A stretch of DNA of 64,000 nucleotides, from assembly GCA_013239625.1 (NCBI GenBank), contig MU053934.1, forward strand, positions 10,001,352 through 10,065,351, read 5' to 3'. Source of the DNA: Lama guanicoe (taxonomy: Eukaryota). Position 1 is the stretch's first letter. Each line of letters starts with the position of its first letter. The position numbers and the translations under genes were made by a program. The notes beneath the pieces were generated by a model. That model was not told the origin of the DNA. It worked only from the letters and a program-made list of their open reading frames with translations, and did no database searches. Below are positions 38,763 to 51,464 of the stretch, one piece after another.

Positions 38763-39490
38763 AGTAACCGAGCAGGACCCTCTGGTCCTTCCCGGAACAG
38801 ACTCCCCCCTCCACCTCCACCGTGTCCTCCACCTGCCTCTTGTTTGTAGAAAACTTTAGTCTCCTAGGCTTCCCCACGTTCCAAAGAGGACATTTAATCA
38901 GAGAAGTGAGAAGATGCAGGGGGTTGGGTGTAGCTCAGTGGTAGAGCCAGTGCTTAGCATGCACGAGGTCCTGGGTTCAATCACCTCCACTTAAAAAAAG
39001 AAAATGCAAAAAGAAAGGAAAATGGTCAAGTAAAAAAAAAAAGTTTAGTCATAAAGCAAAGTCAAGGACCTTTAGCTCCTCCTCAGAGGTTATAGGTCAC
39101 ATTCTGAGCCCTGTCCTTCGAGCTGTTTTGCAGAGGCTGAAACCCCCACCAGGGGGAACTGTGCTGCCCACAAGCCCAGAGACCCCAGACCCGTTGGAAC
39201 CAGAAGGTTGATGATGTTGACTCCCTATGACCTCACCACCCACCAATCAGAACAGTGTCCACAAGCTGGTCACACACCCCGCACCTCCCCCACAACCCAA
39301 TCCCGGCCTCCCCGTCTCTAAAATCCTTTCCCCGGAAGCCTTCGGGGAGTCCAGATCTACTGAGCACCAGCGACCTGGGCTCCTTGCTTGGCCCTTGCAA
39401 CAAACGCTGCGCGTGCCTTCCCCACAACACGGGCTCAGTAGACTGCTATACTGGGTGCGGGCTAGCAGACCCAAATTTGGCTTGGTAGCA
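38763..39490 (+). mobile_element. ERV1-class solo LTR, interrupted by a SINE
   Basis: Begins (a)gtaaccgagcaggaccc, ends cccaaatttggcttggtagca; 4-bp TSD TCCT (38759-38762 / 39491-39494). Confidence 0.75.
38919..38998 (+). mobile_element. tRNA-derived SINE (vic-1-like)
   Basis: A-box tagctcagtgg, B-box gggttcaatc, poly-A tail; TSD agaagatgca / agaaaatgca. Confidence 0.88.
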
Positions 39491-40559
39491 TCCTGACCCT
39501 GGACCCTGGACCCTTGACCCTCAGCTGGTTGCAGGGCTCCCATCTCCCTTCCCTCCGGCCCACTTAAATGTCCAGTGAGAGACTTTCCCGCCTGCCACCT
39601 CCTTGATTGAGCTCACCCCTGCCCCTCTTTGTTTTTCCTGAACATCTGTCAACACCTGCTGCGGCCATAGGTGTTTCTCTGTTTGTTCACTTGAGGCCCG
39701 TCATCCACACGGGGATGTGGGCTCCACAAGGCAAGGCTGCGTGCTGGACCCCCAGTGATCACATGTATGTGAGATTATGGGCTGGTCTGCCATGGTTACG
39801 CAAAGAGTCTTGGGTAGATTAAAACACGAATCTCAAAGGTGTATGGCTGGCAGAGGCTGCTCTGGAAACAAAAGATGTATAAAGGGTGAAGCTGGGGAGA
39901 CGGACACGCTCCCCTGCCCTGGGGCCCCAGCCGCCTGCTCTGTGGTCTGCAGTCCTGCTGGAAGAACAGCAGCTGGGCGACGTCTCCCGGGCCCGCCCCG
40001 CTGTTCGCTGCCCTCTGGCGTCGCACCTCAAGTCCTCCTGCCGACGCGTCAGCCCCCTGCGTGTCTGCCCGTGCCGCCTTTCTGCCGGGCTGTGTCTCAG
40101 GCACGCTGCGCAAACCAACACAGAGAACACGGCTACCCAGTGGGCGGTTTATCTGGGGGAGCGATCCTAGGGGCAGGAGCAGGGGCCTGGGGACAGTGGC
40201 GCCGGCCAGCCTTTCCCGCGGCCGGGCTCCATCCCGCTGGCCAGCAGCCCTGTCGGTGGGGCCCCGGGGTCAGCCTGCCCCACTTCCATCCTCAGGCTCC
40301 CCCCTGGACCCAGGGTGTGCGCGTCCTTGCGCTTGGCTCTGCGCTTGCAAGGGTCCAGCCTTTCTTCTTGTGGACATCACGTGCCTGGTGTGAGAGAAGC
40401 CTGGGGCCGAGAGGCAGCACCCAGTGTGGCTGAGCCTGGCAGGAAGGTTGTTAGACCTGCATCTGTGGTGCTGCAGCTGCTGGAGTGAAAGGCAGGCGGT
40501 GAGGCTGCGAAGAGGCCTAGGGGACACAGACCAGGAGGCCCGGGAGGCCCAGGGCCTTG

Positions 40560-40647
40560 TCTTTTTCAATTTTGTGTTCCCAGTGCCAGTACAGAGCCTG
40601 GCAAAGTGTAGGTACTCAATAAATGATTGCTGAATGAGTGAATGAAA
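40560..40647 (+). mobile_element. L2 3' end
   Basis: cctggcaaagtgtaggtactcaataaatgattgctgaatgagtgaatgaa. Confidence 0.8.
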
Positions 40648-41054
40648 TGTAAGCACAGGAAAGTCAATGGAACAGTTTCGATTTGGAACAAAGTGGAGTT
40701 TAAGTCAGGGGTTGCACCTAGAAGCACTGACGGGCAGATGTTAGGGTGTGGTGGGGGCTGGGCCGGCCGGACAGCACTTGCTTATAGGAGACAGCGTCCC
40801 TCAGCTCCACGGAGGGAACGGATCCTTGCTGTCAGATTGTTGGGGCTTTCAAGAGAAGCTAGGAGCCCACATTTTGTGAGTGTGTGGGTGTGAAACCTTG
40901 TGATTTTAAAAGATTGGCTGCTAATTCCAATCCAAAATATAAAATGTTTGTAAGGACAGCAGAGCCTGGCCAGAGGCATCCAGGGACCAGCCCGTCTGTG
41001 ACACCTAACTTGAAACCTCGGGAGTTAAGCTAGATTTAAAAAGTCATTATTCCA

Positions 41055-41513
41055 TGATAGAGACTGAGGAAGACGGAGCAGCAGTGAGTAGGTGCACACG
41101 CCTGCGAGTGTAAACTACTGCAGCCACATCAGTGCACAAGGAAGCCGTGGCCGTCAGTCATCAGCCACTCCCGCCGCCCCCACGTGTGAGCAGGACGCTG
41201 GCCCTGGGGAGCTCAGGTGCAGATCAAAGGAATGCTTCCAATGAGCCCAGACCTTCGCACCTTCCCATACAAAGAAGAGGGCTAAATTCCTTAACTTGAG
41301 AAGTTTGAGAGAGGTTTTCTTTAATTAACAGTAACCTTCTGATGTTCCGACTACCTGGCCTTTGTTGTGAGAACTCCTGTGGATCCTGGCTCCTCCCTGC
41401 CTCTGCAGCGCAGCCCCTCAGCGCTCCCTGGGAGGCCGGCTCCCGGGCTCAGGAGTCTGCCAAATAAACCGTAACTCTCAGCTTGAGGGTTGTACTTGTT
41501 TTTTCAGTCGACA
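41055..41513 (+). mobile_element. ERV1-class solo LTR (5' boundary approximate)
   Basis: AATAAA at 41463, ends ttttcagtcgaca; homologous to the reverse complement of 42007-42492. Confidence 0.75.
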
Positions 41514-41869
41514 TGCCCGAAACAGCACAGAGACAAAACCACGAAGGAAAACTTTTTAGAGAGGCAAGGAGGATATAATGGGCAGGAAGGTACTATATGG
41601 AAATGGTTTTAGACGGGAGCCAGAGCCACACAGCGCTTTGGCGACAGGCACAGAGGCCCAGGCTCAAAGTCCAGGGTGTAAAGGTCACTCCAGAAGTAGG
41701 AGCAGGCAGAAAGCACATGGGAGCCATGGCTCCAGGGGGGTGGGGAGGATTGCAGGGGAGAGTCTGGGTTAAGCTAAGTAACCGGGGTCACAGGGGAACA
41801 GAGAAAGTCCTGGCCAGGGGTGGCTGGGCCAGGCCACATATGTGAGTCACAGCCAAGGGCCAAGCTTTG

Positions 41870-43075
41870 CTTTCTCAGTGGTAGCTTCACTGAGATATAG
41901 TTCACACGCCATACAATTCACTCCTTCAAAGTATACAGCTCACTGTTTATTAGTATATTTATCATAATTGATTCTAGGACATTTTCATCACCCATGAAGA
42001 AATCTCTGTCAACTGGAAAAAATGCACAACCTAAAAGCTGAAAATTATGCTTTATTCAGCGGACTTGCTGAGGACTTAAGGCCGGGAGACAGCCTCTCAC
42101 AGAGCTCTGTGGGACTGTCCCAAACAGGCAAGGGAGGAGCCAGGAGATACAGGAAGTTTGGCAAAACAAACAAACAAAACCCCAACAAAAAACAAAACAA
42201 AGTCAAAAAACCAATCAGGTAGTCAAACATCAAAAGATTACTGCCAGTTAGAGAAAACCAGACATCCCAAGTTAGTGGACTTAGCACTTCTCTACGTACG
42301 GGAAGGTGCCGGCATCTGGGCTTAATGGAATCATTCCTTTGATGTGCGTGTTAACTCTCTAGGGCCAGTGTCCTGTTTTCCTCTGTCCTGAATCCGCTCG
42401 GGGTGCACAGCCGGGCGGCTGCAGTGGCTGAGGGCTTGATGGCCGCAGCATCCTTTGTGTACTGAGACGGCAAGTGACACTCTTTGTCCACACCTCATAC
42501 CCCTTAACAGTTAACTTCCTTGCCTTCCCTCCCCTCAGCCTTGCCCGGCTACTAATCTACTTCCTGTCTCTGAATTTGCCTGTCCTGAACATTTCATGTA
42601 AGTGGAATCACATAACGTGGCCTTTTGTGGCGGGCTTCTTTCATCTTGCGTAATGTTGTCACGAGTCATCATGTTGTAGCAGGCGCTGGGTCTCCATTCT
42701 CTTTTTATGACGGGCTGCTATTCCACTGAATGGACAGACCACACTTTATGTATTCATCAGCTGATGGACCGTTGCTTGTTTCCACTCTTCCACGGCATGA
42801 ATTGTGGCGCTATGAATGTTTGTGGACAAGTTTTTACGGGAATGTGTTCTCAGTTCTCTAGGATGTGCCCTTAGACGTGGAACTGCTGGGTCATGTGGTA
42901 ACTCTGTGCTTAACTGAGGAGCCACTGGATTGTTTTCCACAGCGGCTATCCCATCTTGTCCTCGCCAGATGGACTGAGGATTCCCGTTTCTGCACATCCT
43001 TGTCAATATCTGTCATCACCTGTCTTTTCGGTTATAGCCGTTCTACTGGGTGTGCAGGATATCTCGTTGTGGGTC
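41870..43075 (-). mobile_element. L1MB-like 3' end (split by the LTR)
   Basis: gagatatagttcacacgccatacaattcac..., gaacatttcatgtaagtggaatcac..., ggaactgctgggtcatgtggtaactct. Confidence 0.85.
42007..42492 (-). mobile_element. ERV1-class solo LTR of the same family, inserted in an L1
   Basis: TG...CA ends; TTTATT at ~42050; imperfect 4-bp TSD tctc / cctc; splits the L1 3' UTR. Confidence 0.8.
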
Positions 43076-43619
43076 AGCCTGGCTTTATCAGTAATGAAGC
43101 TGACAATTTGATCTGCTTGACTTTGTGTCTCGTCTCACTTGGTTCAGAACGTGGGCAGGATGTTATTTACCAGACCCCCAAACCCCAACCACTGCCTCTG
43201 TGCCCCCTTGGGTACAACAGAACCCTCCCCGGGGTGCCCTGTCCCCAGTGTGGACTTCTGCCTGAGCTCCTGAAAACCTAGGTCCACTCATCTCTTCTTC
43301 TTCTCCTCGTAATGAGCTCACCCAGGGCAGATACCCATCCAATTGCCCAGCTGCTGGGCCCAGTGAATAAGCGTCCGGGCGTGCAGGGGCCACAGCTGAT
43401 TGGTGATGTCTGCCACTGGGCGGGGGGAGCAGCAGCACGTGTGGGGGCTGTGTGGAGTCAGGTTCCCAGAAAGCTCCAGCTCCGGGGTCTGACGCTGGGC
43501 TCTGTAGAAAGGCTTTCCCAAGAGCAAGTGATCATGGCAGGACTGAGATCTGAAACCACCACCACACAAGGAATCACGGGCAAGGCGACCATCAAATCCA
43601 TGCTGGCATCTCTTCAGAA

Positions 43620-44527
43620 AAGATTTACAAATGGCCGATGAGCAGGTGAAAAGATGTTCAAAACCATCAGTCCTCAGGGAAACGTAAATCAAAGTCACAG
43701 CAAAATACCGTGTTGCACCTGCAGGTGCTATAATTAAAAATTGAAAAAATCAAGACTTGGGGGTGTAGCTTAGCGGTACAATGCATGCTTAACATGCACG
43801 AGGTCCTGGGTTCAGTTCCTAAGATCTCCATTAAAATAAACAAAAACCCAATTACCTCCCCCACCAAAAAATAATGAAAATAAATAAAAATTAAAAAGTG
43901 GAAAATAACAAGTGTCGACGTGGGTGTGGAGAAACCAGAGCCCTGTACATTGCCGGTGAGAATGTAAAATGGGGCAGCCACCGTGGAAGACAGTTTGGCA
44001 GTTCCTCAGCAAGTCAGAGTTTCCGTATGACCTGGCAGTTATGTGAAAGCAGTGACTCGAGCAGATACTTGTACGCTCATGTTCACAGCAGCACTAATCA
44101 CAATAGCTAAAAGGTGCAAATGACCCAAACACACATCCACAGATAAGCGACAAACACAGTGTGGCACATCCACACCACGGAACATCGTTCAGCCGTAAAA
44201 AGGAATGAAGCACCGACACAACATGGATGGACTTTGAAAACATGATGCTAAGTGAAAGGAGCCAGGCACCAAGGACGCCCTACTGTGCGAGCCACTGGTA
44301 CGAAATGTCCAGAAAGGGCAAGTCTGTAGGAACAGAAAGTAGATTAGCAGTTGACAGGGGCTGAGGGGGGGGGAGGTACTGCTGATGGGTACAAGCTTTC
44401 CTTCGGGGGTGACTGAAATACTCTGGGACTAGTTGCCCAGCATCGTGAATGTCCTAAATGCCACTGAATTGTACACTTTTCACTAGTTAAAATGGCAAAC
44501 TTTGTATTATGCGTACTTGATCACAAT
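43620..44527 (+). mobile_element. L1MB-like ORF2 end and 3' UTR (contains a SINE)
   Basis: caaatggccgatgagcaggtgaaaagatgttcaa..., aatgtaaaatggggcagccaccgtggaagacagtttggcagttcctc..., gccactgaattgtacacttt. Confidence 0.88.
43759..43895 (+). mobile_element. tRNA-derived SINE (vic-1-like)
   Basis: gggggtgtagcttagcggta...gaggtcctgggttcag..., A-rich tail. Confidence 0.85.
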
Positions 44528-45263
44528 GCCTCCTACAGCAGCCACCCAGCGGGACAGCAGGGTGTCCCCAGAGTGGCTGTGGCACCAGAGGTGCAGACAG
44601 ATGAATTCAGGCCAGGGCGGTAAAAGGCAGAAATGACCAGCACAGTGATTGACAGGATGTGGGCGGGATGGAGACCAGAGAATCTGGGTTGACGCCAACC
44701 TGTGTCTGGGTGGATGCGTGCCTGTCACGTGGGTGGGAGCACATGTGAGGAGCAGTTTGGACCTGGTGATGTCCGTGGGATGTCGCATGCAGTTGTGCCG
44801 TGGGTCTGGGCTGGAGGTCACGTCACGTCCAGACTCCTTGGTGAACAGATGGGAGTGAATCTGCTCAGGGCAAGAGAGAGGGGCCGGGAGCAGGGACCCC
44901 ACGTCCTTGTGATCGGGGACAATCCTAGGTCATACTTACTGTACTGCCTCAATGCGGCAGGTGCCCTTTTTGCTCTGGGGAGAATCCTTGCTGGGCGACG
45001 ACTTTCATGGTCGCCCACCACAGCTAAGGGCAGGGTGGCGGAGGAGGAGCCCGTGAACGAAACCAACACGGCCCAGCCGGGGCTGGGGGGAGGCAGGGGT
45101 GAGGGGGCCCACAGGGGCAGTGCCAGCCCTGAGCCTTTGCCCTCAGCTGCCCGAGCCTCGGATGCCACACAAGCGCAACCCAGCTGGTGATTACAGAGCA
45201 ACGTGGCTGAGAGCTCAGGGTTCAAGCCTGTACTCAGCCTGGGAGGAGCTGCAGACCTTGGAC

Positions 45264-45451
45264 CAGGGTTTCTGCACCTTAGCACTAAGGACACCTGGGG
45301 AGGACCACTCCCTGGGGCAGAGTTGCCCCGGGCACTGGAGGACGTCCAGCAGTGCCTTCTGCCCACCAGAGGTCAGGAGGCGCCCCTGGGTGGGCTATGA
45401 CAACCACAAATGTCTAGACATTGCCAAGTGTCACCCCACTGAGAACCACCG
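45264..45451 (+). mobile_element. MER20 hAT-Charlie element nested in a MIR
   Basis: Ends cagggtttct / gagaaccaccg; internal tgacaaccacaaatgtctagacattgccaa; perfect 8-bp TSD CCTTGGAC; flanks read as a continuous MIR core (gaccttggac...tttcttcgtctgtaaa). Confidence 0.88.
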
Positions 45452-48400
45452 CCTTGGACACATCACGTACTGTCAGTGCTTTGGTTTCTTCGTCTGTAAA
45501 GCAGATACTAAAGGTGACCTCCTGGGATCCCGTGAGGGTTAGACAATATCACAGACACAGCGCACGTGGCACATTTTAAGGGCTCCCAGTGTCAGTTCCG
45601 ATGGGAAGAGGAGGTCCGGAGTCTCGGGCCTGGTGCTGGGGACACAGCAGGTGATCACCTGGGGGTTCTGGCCGTGTCTTTTGGAGACTGGCTTTGGGGA
45701 AGGAGCCCAAGGCAGCTCTGGGAGAAATGCTCAGAAGCGACCTCTGGGTATTCCTGCTGCCATGACACTTGGGTGGTCCTGGTGGGACCCGCAGCCTGAG
45801 CCGAGCGCCCGCCCTGGGTCTGCCGCTGCGCTGCCGCCCGGGCGGGGTGCTCTGAGGCAGTGGGGAGCCAGCTTCTGTGACTGGCGGAAGGGTCCTAGTC
45901 TTTCTCCCCGCAGGGCAGCCAATGACCAACTCAGCCAGGGACTCGCTCCACAGAGTGGGCACACCAGCATCGTCCACCCCTCCTGGCCTGCCTGGGATGT
46001 CCTGGTCTTGGCACTTGAAGCCCCACGTCCTGGCAAATCTTCCCGTTTCGGGCGGGCGGCCACCCCTGGCTGTCCCGACCCAGCTTCCCCAGCCTTCCCC
46101 AAGCTTGCAGCTGGGCAGCAGGGCCCCTGGGCCACCAGCTCTCCAGCTGGTCACACCTCAGGCGGCACCGGTTGGGTGACCTCATTTAGGCCCGGAGCAG
46201 AAATAGAACACGCAGCACCAATTAGCAGCTGCTCGTGAGCTGAGGGCGGCAAATCCCCCACAGCCTCCCCCAGGACAGGCGGTGCAGGGTCGTGGAAAAT
46301 TCCACATGCAATGTTCCTCCACTGGTGGGAGAGGCTGTGAGGATGGGAACACACTCAGCTTTGCCTCCTGCTTGTCTGCAGGCCAAGGGTGAGAGCCTTT
46401 GGGGCCAGGGGAGGCGCAGACCCCAGGGATCCTGATTCTGTGGGGTGGAGGTGAGATTCTGCTCTTTCCACACGCTCCCCACGTCATCTGGGCACAGGGT
46501 GTCCTCGCACTGCTCAGTGAGATGAGGTGGGGTCCTGCCTCCCTCTGTCCCACCTGGGGTCTGGGATCCAGGCCCTGAACCTGCTCTACACCTGGCCTGG
46601 GGGCTACCTGCTCACTGCCCTGCCCTAGAGGCCAGCTGACGCATAGACGGCTGGGCAGGGCCTGGTAGAGGCTGCTGCTGCTGGGAGCTGGTCTCTGCCT
46701 CTCTGTCCACTCCGACTCTGGCCTCTTGGACCCACCGCAGCTGGCGTGGGCAGAGACCCCTGGCTACGTGCTGAGGGCCTTCCTCTGGTCCAGACTGCTT
46801 GGCTGGCCGGCCAGGTGACCGTGGGCCATTCTCATCACCTTTCCAGCCTCGCCCCGCCCCATCCTCTGTCCTCCCCTCTAGGGGCTGCATCCTGTTAAGA
46901 GTGGAGGGGCAGCAGAGACAACACCAGCTGGGGAGTCAGGGGTGCCGGGACTGAGTCTGTCTCAGCCTTAGATTTACTGCTAGTTTTGGGGCCTCGACTT
47001 GCCCAACCACAAAGTGGGGGAGCAGAAGTGAGGACTGTAAGGAGCCCCCCGGGGTTCTGACACTCTGAGTCTCCTGGGCACTTCCGGGCCCTCGGCACTC
47101 GGCCCAGGGCCTCCCGCACTCTGTGCTCCGACCTCTCGGGAAGCAGCAGGTAGGAAAGGCCTGAGTTCCGGGTGCACAGAGCTTGCTCTGTCTCCTGCTT
47201 AAACTCCTGCAGGAAAGAAATTCACCCTTTCCTCACTCTCTTCCTCTTCCAAGAAAGAAGCAGGTGGCAGCTGGCATGACCACGAGGCGCAGCGTGAATT
47301 CAGATCCACATTTAAAGGGTGCTGCCACCTCCCCCATGGGGGCAGACAGCCTGCGAGTCAGGGCCAGCGATCCCCCCCCGGCCCCCACCCGCTCAGCGGG
47401 GGCAGGAACGCCCCGGGAGCTTGCAGGCCTGGTCGGAGCTGCGGTAGAGAAGTGGGGGGGCTTCAGGGTCACGTAAACTGATTTCTCAGCTGTTCACAGA
47501 GGACTCCTGAGTGCTGGAGGTCCCGTCCCGTGGCAGGCCTGCCTTCACCCCCAAACTGATCAAAATCCCTGGTGTGATGCCGGCATCTCATCAAGGCGAT
47601 TTCCCACGTACTGTCCCCTCTGAGCTTTAGAAGCGCGCGGTGTGGTCATCACCCCCAGTTCACAGGTGGGGAAGGTGAGGCTGGGGGAGGGGCTGGGACG
47701 CATCTGGATCACATGAAGCTGGGGCCACCTGACCACCGGCCAGCTCTCTGGCTGCACATGGTGTGGTGCCCATGACTCAGGGGTGCACAGGAGAGAAAGG
47801 GAGAGGGGCACTGGGGAGCTCTCGTGGGACGTGGGTCCCGGGCGTCCAGTGCGGCAGGGTGCGGGGGCCTAGGGGGCAGGACTCCAGGCGGCGGGCGCTG
47901 CCTCTGTGGGTGGTTAGTGGGAAGGAGCTCAGACAGTCCTACGGCAGGGGAAACACACCCAGTCTCTCTTCCCAATTCCGAACCCATCGGTTCCTCCTCC
48001 GTGCCGCCCTGGGTGGCCTGTGAGTGCGATGACTCAGGCCCGTCCCAGCTCCCACAGCCCCGCCGGGCCCTGGGCAGGACGCCTGGCCTGGTGGACGCTG
48101 GGTGTGGCCAAGGCGGGCAGCCGTGGAGGAGCGTCTGGGGTCAGCGGCTGACAGGAGTGACCGCGGAAATGAGGAAACAGGGAAGCAGGCAGGGCCCACA
48201 CTCGGCCAGGCTCGACAGGTGCTCAGTGCCCGACCTTGGCTGGGAGCCCCAGAGTGGCAGTGCTGGGACCCCACGTCCCAGCTGGGCCACAGCTGGGCTT
48301 TAACAGCTCCCAGGAGGGACCCATCAGGCAGCCCTTCAGCAGCTCACCTGGGGCTTCAGTCTCCCTACTTCCTTCCTCTGCCCCTGCCCTCCCCCTCCCC

Positions 48401-49675
48401 TCTCCTTTGATCTGAAGGAGAACCCCGTGAGGTACTTTATGACACTGTTTTACACATGGGGAACTACACATGGGGAACGTGAGGCCACAGGGGGCTGGGG
48501 CTTGCTCAGGCATCTTCCCCCTTCCTTCCCTCCCTCCCATGTCCTACCAAGCCACGTCCTGCACAGGGCCTGCCCAAGCAGTGCCCCTTCTCCTGGACTT
48601 GACACTGACATTTATAAGCCACGTGGCCCAGCTGCAGAGCAAGAGCTCTCCCTCTGAGCAGATCCCGTGGCCAAGACGGACCCGGCAGCAGGGCTGGGGT
48701 GAAGGGCCAGGGAGGGATGAGGGGGTCCCAGGCCCGGTGCAGCCCCTCTGGGACAGGGGTCCTAGTGGGGGGAGCCCCTGAGACCCCCGCAGCCAGAGTG
48801 ATGGGGCAGGAGTGGGAGCGGGCATGCAGACACAGCCTGCCGCAGGGTCTCACAGATTCTAGCCGAGAGGGGCACAGAGGAGGCACCACAGGTGACTTTG
48901 GGGGCCCAGCTGGTGCTGCCAGGCCCACCAGTTGGGAGGGCACCTGGCATCGTGGACTCCTGCCAGAGACCCCTCTCTGCTCGCCTTTGCTGGCCTGGAC
49001 GTCTGTCCTGCTGGCCACCACTGTCTACACACTGCCTGATGTTCAAGGCTGGGGCTGCCCCTCTGCCAGGGGCGCACAGCAGGCTGCTGGACCTGGGAAG
49101 CCCTGGAGGGTTTGGGAAGGGCACCCAGGGCCTGGCTCCCACGAGGCTCCTGGAACTCTGTCCAGGAATCTCACTTCAAACCCGGATGCATTCCTCCTGA
49201 CCAGGCACCATTCCAAGCAGCCTCCCGTGCTTGATAATTCTGCTGCCTGTGGCTGATTCCTGGCTGCCTGTGGCCCAAATCTTGCTTCACTCTGCGCCAC
49301 CTAGAGATGGCTGGAAAATGCTGCATCAAGGGAATTAGCCTCCGAGCAGAGCCTTCTTGCTTCCTGGTGTCTGGGAAGGATCTGGAGTCGTGAAGGTTGA
49401 GGTGGGCTGGGGGCCATGTGTGAAGGAGGAAGCACAGCTGGGAAGAACTGAGCTGGCTCTGGGAAGGGACTGAGGATTCCTACACAGAGGCTGGCCCTGG
49501 GGCTGTCCCCTGGGGCGCCCCTCCTCCACCCCAGGTCCAGCCCTTACCCTGCCCAGCCCTGCCCAAGCCAGTGACTTCCTGTTGTCCCTCTGCCCCCCGG
49601 GGACCACTGTAAGCATTTTGGCGCCTTCCTGTGGTGGCTGTCATGTGGTCATCCATCCAATTCACACCCCATTTT

Positions 49676-50172
49676 GTAGTGGCGATGGGGCCTGGGAGGG
49701 GCTGACCCCCTGCTTTGCTCCAGGGATGGGCCCCAACTGGCGTCAGCCAGAGTAAGGCTATGTTCCTTTACAAAGCAGTTGCCTCAGGGACAGCAAGTAT
49801 CTGAAGTCTAAACTGGCAGTGCGGGGCACCCTCCTGGCTGCTGAGGCTGGTTCAGGGGCGGCCTCACTGGAGTGAAGCTCTGGGAGGCAGAACGCTTACT
49901 CCCCTGGCTGTGACTAAGGAAGCCCGTAGTCCTGGTGGTTGCTGGCAGCCATGCTGTGACTATGAGGGAAGCCAGTCTGAAGACCAAGTCTGCCCACAAA
50001 GGGGGGCAGAATCCAGACCACTGCTGAGAAACGGACCTGCAGCCCGGATTGGATTGTGTCAAAAGTCTTTCTCACACCTGGACTTTCTAGTTGCCGAACC
50101 AATAAATCCCCTTTAGCGTTTAAATCAGCTAGATTATGTTTTCTTCGTCTAGAGACATCTTAACTGACCCAA
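49676..50172 (+). mobile_element. Old MLT1 (MaLR) LTR
   Basis: 3' part ctggactttctagtt...ccaataaatcccctt...cttaactgac is typical of MLT1J/K. Confidence 0.6.
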
Positions 50173-50174
50173 TG

Positions 50175-50900
50175 ACATTCTAGAATTTTCTTCTGTCTGT
50201 ACATGTTAAACTTTTTCCAACAAGAGTGTAACCTGCCTTGTCCACTTAACAATAAACTGATCAACCCTGTTAAAAAAAACAAAGGTGGAAATCGTCATTT
50301 TTAATGGCTGTGCTGTGGCACGCCGGTGGCCGCGCAATTCATTTAACTCATCTCATCTGTAGTGGGACGCTTAGGCTGTTTCCAACTTTCGACTGTTTTC
50401 AGTAGTTGACAGAGAGCATGTACCTTCGGCCATCTGCCCACCCACCTCCTCAGGACGAGCCCCCAGGAGGGCGGCCGCAGTGTCCAGGCGTGCGCGTGCG
50501 CCCAGGGCTCTGGGCTCATCCGCAGCAGTGGGACGCCGCTGACGCGCTGCCGCCGCCGTGACGCGCTCCTGCACCGTGACCAACGTCACCCTTTTCCATC
50601 TTCGCCAGCCCACCAGCAAGTGGTATTTCATTTACTTTTTCATTTATTTTTTAAAATTTTTTTAAATTAAAAAGTCCCATTTTCATTTGACCATCTGCCA
50701 CTTGTGTTTCCTCTTTGTGCCCTTTGATGTATTTACTCAAACATTTAAAATATATACTTCATCAAAAAAAAATCAGACTGCTTCCTCCTGGGGCCTTTTA
50801 CGTCCTCATTTATCAGATTTCCACATATTGACACTGGCGTACACTGTATGTCATACATGGCGTATATTCTGTCCAATTACAAAAACACTGACAAACAAGG
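50175..50900 (-). mobile_element. Old L1ME-like fragment with a GC-converted centre
   Basis: catttttaatggctg..., catttatttaact...gggacgcttaggctgtttccaa..., aagtggtatttcattt. Confidence 0.65.
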
Positions 50901-51464
50901 TGGCGGCATTTTTAGGGGTCAAATCAATCGCTTTGTCAGCATGGCCCCTGCCTCAGGGGCTGGTGCCGGTGCAGGAGATACTGAGGTCCTCCCCGGTGTC
51001 CGTGCCAGCCCTCCCTGGTTGGGGAGTGGCCACCGAACTGGGAAGGGTCCACTCCCATGGCAGCTACACGGAGGCACACTCACTGACCACGCCGGTGTGG
51101 TATCTCCAGGCCACAGTGACTGGTTCAGGGGAGGCACGTGACGCAAGCGGGCCGGCAGAGGCAGCTGGTGACCTCAGTGGTCATGTGCCTTCTCCGAACA
51201 CACAGTCCCCTCGGGACCTGGCCAAGTACGCACGCCGAGAAACTCCCTTTAGAGTGTGAGCTGATCTGGACTGGATTTTGTGTTTTCTGCAACTTCCAAC
51301 ATCCCAACTCATGGAGAATTTAGTTGTACTAGGACTGGGATGTCGCTAGGTGCAGACCCTCAACTCTCGAAGCGGCTGAACCAAGTTAGGGGAGGGGGCG
51401 GGAGGGAGAGGCCCTGTCTCTCATGGTGGGGAGGTGGGGACCCTTGCTATAGGTCATGAATTAT

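Noticed and set aside
38919-38998. tRNA-Ala gene-like sequence (also 16707, 43759, 55218)
   Set aside because: Poly-A tails, a TSD at this copy, broken stems and multiple divergent copies indicate SINEs, not tRNA genes.
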